From contig JAPSGB010000005.1 in assembly GCA_035063585.1 (NCBI GenBank), forward strand, positions 140,930 to 204,929: a stretch of 64,000 nt of DNA, in the 5' to 3' direction. The position numbers were made by a program, and so were the translations under genes. The DNA is from Polyangiaceae bacterium. GTDB taxonomy: Bacteria > Myxococcota_A > Polyangia > Polyangiales > Polyangiaceae. Shown here piece by piece: positions 59,998 through 64,000 of this stretch. The notes under the pieces are model-generated. The model did no database searches. It was not told where the DNA came from and saw only the letters and a program-made list of their open reading frames with translations. The number at the start of each line of letters is the position of its first letter. The stretch's first letter is position 1.

Positions 59998-60115
59998 CGA
60001 CGAGGCTCGTCAGCGCGTCGAGGCTGGACTCGGTCCAGCGCTCGCCGACGTTCGAGTGCCAAGGCTCGAGGGCTCTTGCCACGTTTGGTGGAGGCAATAG
60101 TCGTACTATCAGCTT

Positions 60116-60436
60116 CTACGGTGTCCTGGCGCACCGAGAGCCGAGGTCGTCGCTGCGACTCTGCGGCGGGTAGCCGTAGCGGTACGAGACGAGCAGGCTC
60201 GACGCATCGTTGCTGAAGCCGCCGCCGCGGACCGCCTGGTTGTAAGTTGTCGTAGTGTTGGAATAATTCGTGCTTTCCGATAGCGGATACGGATGCTCAT
60301 GCCCAGCGAGCGCCCACTCGAACACGTCGCCCGCGAGGTCCGATTGACCGTACCTGCCCTTGCCCGCGGCCACCGACCCCACCGGCGCGATGTTCGTCAC
60401 GCCGCGGCACGAGCCCGTGCCGCCATTGCAGCCGAA
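60116..60436 (-). pseudogene. C-terminal remnant of an FGE-sulfatase (SUMF1/CLec-fold) protein
   Basis: APVGS, GRYGQSDLAGDVFEW, VRGGGF and LGSRCAR motifs; 5' part missing, abuts mazF. Confidence 0.8.
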
Positions 60437-60447
60437 GGATGACGCCG

Positions 60448-60813
60448 ATGGATGAGCGACGCATCGACCGTGGCGACCTCTTCTGGATTGCTCCCGACGA
60501 CTCGCGAGGCCCCGCCCCGAGTCGTTCGCACCCGCACGTCGTCGTCCAGGAGGACGTGTTCAACCACTCGCGCATCTCCACGGTGGTCGTCTGCGCGCTG
60601 ACCACCCACCTCCGGAAGGCGAACGAGCCGGGCAACGTGCTGCTCGAGCCCGGAGAGGGTGAGCTCCCGAAGCAGAGCGTCGTGGTCGTGTCGCAGGTAA
60701 CGTCCGTCGAGAAGTCTCGACTTGGCGAGCGCATTGGCGCGCTGTCGGAGGGGCGCGTCGTGCAGATTCTCGCGGGTCTGCGCTTCCTGCAGCGCTCGTT
60801 CTTCACGCGGTGA
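60448..60813 (+). CDS. mazF: MazF/PemK endoribonuclease, no adjacent antitoxin
   Basis: RGDLFW, HPHVVVQ, TVVVCALT and RLGERIGAL motifs; GAAGGA RBS. Confidence 0.9.
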   Translation: MDERRIDRGDLFWIAPDDSRGPAPSRSHPHVVVQEDVFNHSRISTVVVCALTTHLRKANEPGNVLLEPGEGELPKQSVVVVSQVTSVEKSRLGERIGALSEGRVVQILAGLRFLQRSFFTR

Positions 60814-60845
60814 CGATGACTACAGGGTAGCGGGCCCGACCGCGT

Positions 60846-60900
60846 GGGGGTTCGCGGACGGACCTCGACCTCATCAGCGCTCGCGCGTAGAGTTCGACTC
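60846..60900 (+). repeat. 55-bp direct repeat, copy 1
   Basis: GGGGGTTCGCGGACGGACCTCGACCTCATCAGCGCTCGCGCGTAGAGTTCGACTC. Confidence 0.95.
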
Positions 60901-60960
60901 AGCGGTGTGCATCGGTGGCTTTGGCAGAGGGAATTCCGTACACGCGACGAGAGGGCTGGG

Positions 60961-61575
60961 ATGGAGGACCGTGAGGATGTGCCGGATCGCGCGCGTTACG
61001 TCTTGACGCCGCAGGTGGCGTCGGCCGTGCCGCGCGTATTCATCGACGACTGCTGCGCGAACTGCCTGAACCCTCTGACGCCCGACACGGACGGCCTGTT
61101 CTGCTCTCGGTGGTGCCGAGAGACTGCGAAGAACGCACGCTATTTCCGCCGCGCGTTCCGTGACGGCCGGATCGATGACCCTGACGTCAGAGAAGCTCTG
61201 CGCACGCGCATCGCGTTCATGCTAGGCGGCGGGTACAGTGCCCTCGGTCGCACCTTGCGGTCGAACACACGCGCGGCGGTCATCGAACGCGACCGCGGGA
61301 AGTGTCGTCTCTGTGGCAAGCCTGGCACCGAGATCGACCACATCGAGGGCAGCTCACCCGAACTGACCAATCTGCAACTGCTGTGTCACGAGTGCCACGC
61401 CGCGAAGACCGACGCTGCCCTGCGCCCGGCGAGCGAGCAGGAAAAGGCGCTCATCGAAGCATTCATGCGGGGGCGCGTCGAGCCAGAGGAGCCGGTGCTG
61501 CTCGCCGACGACGAGGAGTCATGGGACAGGGCGTGGCGGGGGCTGCTGGCCGCACGCCGGGCGCGGGTGAGGTGA
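60961..61575 (+). CDS. HNH endonuclease with N-terminal Cys cluster
   Basis: CANC...FCSRWC; RDRGKCRLCG, IDHI and NLQLLCHECHAAKT motifs. Confidence 0.88.
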   Translation: MEDREDVPDRARYVLTPQVASAVPRVFIDDCCANCLNPLTPDTDGLFCSRWCRETAKNARYFRRAFRDGRIDDPDVREALRTRIAFMLGGGYSALGRTLRSNTRAAVIERDRGKCRLCGKPGTEIDHIEGSSPELTNLQLLCHECHAAKTDAALRPASEQEKALIEAFMRGRVEPEEPVLLADDEESWDRAWRGLLAARRARVR

Positions 61576-61786
61576 ACGCAACAGGTTCCGGCGTGGCCGG
61601 CTACCCGTCGCCTGGTGCGGGATCACGGTCCTCATAGAACTGCGGCATGGCTGTCATCGGATCGTTTCAGCGAGCGTTCGGCTTGTGCGCCGTGAGGCCC
61701 GCGCCGAGCGCCTCGCCGCGGGCGGAACCGTTTCCGGCGCAGCGCGCGCCAAGGACCATCCTCGCCGAGCCTCGCTTGCCGCCCGC

Positions 61787-61841
61787 GGGGGTTCGCGGAC
61801 GGACCTCGACCTCATCGGCGCTCGCGCGTAGAGTTCGACTC
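61787..61841 (+). repeat. 55-bp direct repeat, copy 2 (54/55 identical to copy 1)
   Basis: Single A-to-G difference from copy 1. Confidence 0.95.
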
Positions 61842-61881
61842 GGCACGGACGCGTCCAGCCTATTCTGGTAGGCTTGGCGCC

Positions 61882-63072
61882 ATGCGACGCGAGCTTTGGG
61901 GAACGGCGGCGTCTCTCGCGCTCTTCTTCGCATGGGGCTGCGGCAGCAGCAACGACGCGACGGCGCAGGGGCAGGGGGGGAACGCTGGCGGCGGCGGGCA
62001 GGAGGGGGACGCCGGGCTCGAGGGCTCGACGGATACGGACGCCTCGACGGGTGCCGGGGGCAACCAGCCGTGGCCGGACGCCGGGCTCGAGGGCTCGACG
62101 GATACGGACGCCTCGACGAGTGACGGGGGCGCCGCGGTGTGCGATTGCTCGCTCGCAGCGCTCGGCTGCGGCTCGAGCCTGGCAGCAGCGGCGAAGACGG
62201 CTGGCTGCAGCATTCCGCTATTGCCCGAACACGACGGCGACCTGCTGGCATGCTCCGATGGAACGTGGAGCGTCCAAGCGGCGTGCGACAAGGGTTGTGA
62301 GGTGGGCTCCGGTGCACCCGACGCCTGCGCGGGGCTGCCCACCATCTCGATGGACCTCCTCGTCATCCAAGCGCAGGTCGAGCCCTTTCGCGGCGACCAA
62401 CCCTCGTTGCCGGGCGACTTCGACGTGGAGCAGGTACAGCAGGCGCTCGTCGACGAGAAGATCGACGTCATCGTGGATGGCTGGTTCGGCAACGACACCG
62501 CCGACGCCTACGCGACTTGGCAGAAGAGCCTCGGTTACTCCGGCCTCGACGCCACCGGCATTCCGGGACCGTCATCGCTCGCGGCGCTCGGCACCGGCCG
62601 CTTCGAGATCGCGCACAAGATCATCGTGGGCCCGAAGGTCAGCTACTCGGGCAAGACGGTCAACCAGCGCACGAAGGACATGCTCACCGAAGCCGACAGC
62701 TTGCTCGCCCACGGCATCGCGCTCACGCAAGGGTCGTACAACCCCGGCGGCGTGGATGCGTCGGCCGGCACGCACGACGGCGGTGGCACCGTCGACATCA
62801 GCGTCTCGAGCCTGAGCACCACCCAGCGCTGGCTGACGGTGCAGGCCCTACGCAGGGTCGGCTTCGCCGCCTGGCTTCGAACACCGAGCCAGGGCTTTTC
62901 CTATCACATCCACGCTGTCGCGATCGGCGACACGGACGTCTCGCTCTCGGCCCGCAACCAGATCGCCGATTACTATGTCGGCAAGAATGCCCTCGCCTCG
63001 CACGCTGCGGACAACACCCCCGATGCCTATAGAGTCCCCTTCACCTGGTGGGAGAAGTATCAGGGCAGGTAG
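61882..63072 (+). CDS. Lipoprotein with peptidoglycan-binding-like segment and predicted LAS-type Zn peptidase
   Basis: Lipobox AWGC; VDGWFGNDT...WQKSLG...GIPG; HDGGGTVD (Hx6D) and HIH (HxH). Confidence 0.75.
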   Translation: MRRELWGTAASLALFFAWGCGSSNDATAQGQGGNAGGGGQEGDAGLEGSTDTDASTGAGGNQPWPDAGLEGSTDTDASTSDGGAAVCDCSLAALGCGSSLAAAAKTAGCSIPLLPEHDGDLLACSDGTWSVQAACDKGCEVGSGAPDACAGLPTISMDLLVIQAQVEPFRGDQPSLPGDFDVEQVQQALVDEKIDVIVDGWFGNDTADAYATWQKSLGYSGLDATGIPGPSSLAALGTGRFEIAHKIIVGPKVSYSGKTVNQRTKDMLTEADSLLAHGIALTQGSYNPGGVDASAGTHDGGGTVDISVSSLSTTQRWLTVQALRRVGFAAWLRTPSQGFSYHIHAVAIGDTDVSLSARNQIADYYVGKNALASHAADNTPDAYRVPFTWWEKYQGR

Positions 63073-63091
63073 CGAAGCGAAGGGCCAAGGC

Positions 63092-63400
63092 TCAGCCGCC
63101 GCGTCCACCGAAACCGGCGAGGAACACGCCGCCTAGAGTCCGGATGGCGAACACGAGCAGGTCGGGCCCTGAAGGCACGCATGTGAGCTCGAGCGTCCGC
63201 TCGGTGACGACGCCGAGCGCCCGCTCGCTGTCGATGAAGCGCTGGTGGAGCTCGGCGACCCTGCTGTTCTTCTCGAGCGCGCCGTACAGCTCGAGCACCT
63301 CGCCGCTCGCGAGCCCGAGCCCGAGCCCGAGCACCCAGTCGCGCGCCAGGCCGTAGCGGACGACCCTCACGCCGCCGGCGTTCGTCGCGACGGGGTCACC
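63092..63400 (-). pseudogene. Internal remnant of an FAD-linked oxidase (GlcD / D-2-hydroxyacid dehydrogenase type)
   Basis: VATNAGGVRVVRYG...VLGL...GEVL...KN...FIDSERALGVVTE, a degenerate form of the family motif; both ends missing. Confidence 0.75.
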
Positions 63401-63403
63401 TGC

Positions 63404-64000
63404 TCACATGGCGGAGCGTCGCGCGACTCGCCGCCGGCGCCGCACCAAGGCGCCCGCCGCGAGCAGCCCCGCGCCGAGCCACCCCGCGCTGCCGCCCCCG
63501 CTGCTCGCCGTGCGGCAGCCGCAACCACCGGCGGAGTCGTCTTCGGACCGTACGAACGTGGCCGTGGCGCACCGGCCGTCGGTGTCGCAGATGAACCCAT
63601 CGACGCAGTCGTCGATCGAGACGCAGGTCGTCATGCACGTGCCGCCCGCCTGGCATCGATACGGACGGCAGTCGGTTGGCGCCTGACCCGGGGCGGTGAT
63701 CGTGTGATCGCCATCGCACGACGCGCCGTTCAGGCACTTGCCACTCTCGACGTTGCACTCGTAGCCATTCGTGCAGTCGTCGTCGGTCGCGCACTTGTCC
63801 TTACACGCGGTCGGGCCGCACGCGTACGGCTCGCACGGTCGGGTCTGGAGCGCGTCGCTCGCCGCGCCGCACACGCCGTGGCTGGAGACGATCACGCGAA
63901 AGCGCGGCGTTTCGATCGCGCTCGGCGCGATCGTTTCTGGTCCGGAACGCACGACGACGTAGCCCCCGGATGAGTGGGAGCCACATCGCGGCGAGCTGAG
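63404..64000 (-). CDS. Cys-rich protein with MYXO-CTERM sorting signal (5' end outside the window or truncated)
   Basis: CxPYxC repeats; GGCGC-linker-TM-RRRRR C-terminus; frame open to the window edge. Confidence 0.75.
   Translation of the reverse strand, partial: LSSPRCGSHSSGGYVVVRSGPETIAPSAIETPRFRVIVSSHGVCGAASDALQTRPCEPYACGPTACKDKCATDDDCTNGYECNVESGKCLNGASCDGDHTITAPGQAPTDCRPYRCQAGGTCMTTCVSIDDCVDGFICDTDGRCATATFVRSEDDSAGGCGCRTASSGGGSAGWLGAGLLAAGALVRRRRRVARRSAM

Noticed and set aside
60116..60436. Complete diversity-generating retroelement
   Set aside because: No reverse transcriptase, accessory gene or TR/VR pair in the window; kept only as a speculative finding.
60846..60900. 55-bp repeat as a tRNA gene or integron attC site
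   Set aside because: Only GTTCGACTC resembles a T-loop; no cloverleaf, no clear attC inverted core sites and no integrase.

Overview
Very GC-rich bacterial DNA, most likely Myxococcota (Polyangiaceae/Sorangiineae-like), judged from a MYXO-CTERM tail, an MXAN_5187-type protein, an FHA-GAF-sigma54 activator, Cys-rich repeat lipoproteins and a solitary mazF. About 1-60 kb is mostly chromosomal backbone: htrA with an ECF sigma/anti-sigma pair, two-component genes, a fused 2-oxoacid dehydrogenase E1, a Ser/Thr kinase, recN, a P-type ATPase, cytochrome c with Crp/Fnr, two PilT paralogues, kbl-tdh, lepB, gpsA, trxB and udg. Two structured RNAs are visible: a cobalamin riboswitch upstream of a lone beta-propeller-like lipoprotein (31.2 kb), and a probable 6S RNA with its own promoter and hairpin (52.9-53.2 kb). 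The last 4 kb look like an accessory patch: an FGE/CLec gene remnant, an orphan MazF, an HNH gene bracketed by 55-bp direct repeats with sigma70-like promoter spacing, a lipoprotein with a predicted LAS-type peptidoglycan peptidase, an FAD-oxidase remnant and a MYXO-CTERM protein. Other oddities are a stand-alone degenerate PglZ-like protein, PilT paralogues with complementary His-box losses, inverted Cys-rich paralogues sharing a 57-bp block, and many -10-like hexamers 6-9 nt before start codons (possible leaderless mRNAs). All family calls come from motif recognition by eye; no searches were run.
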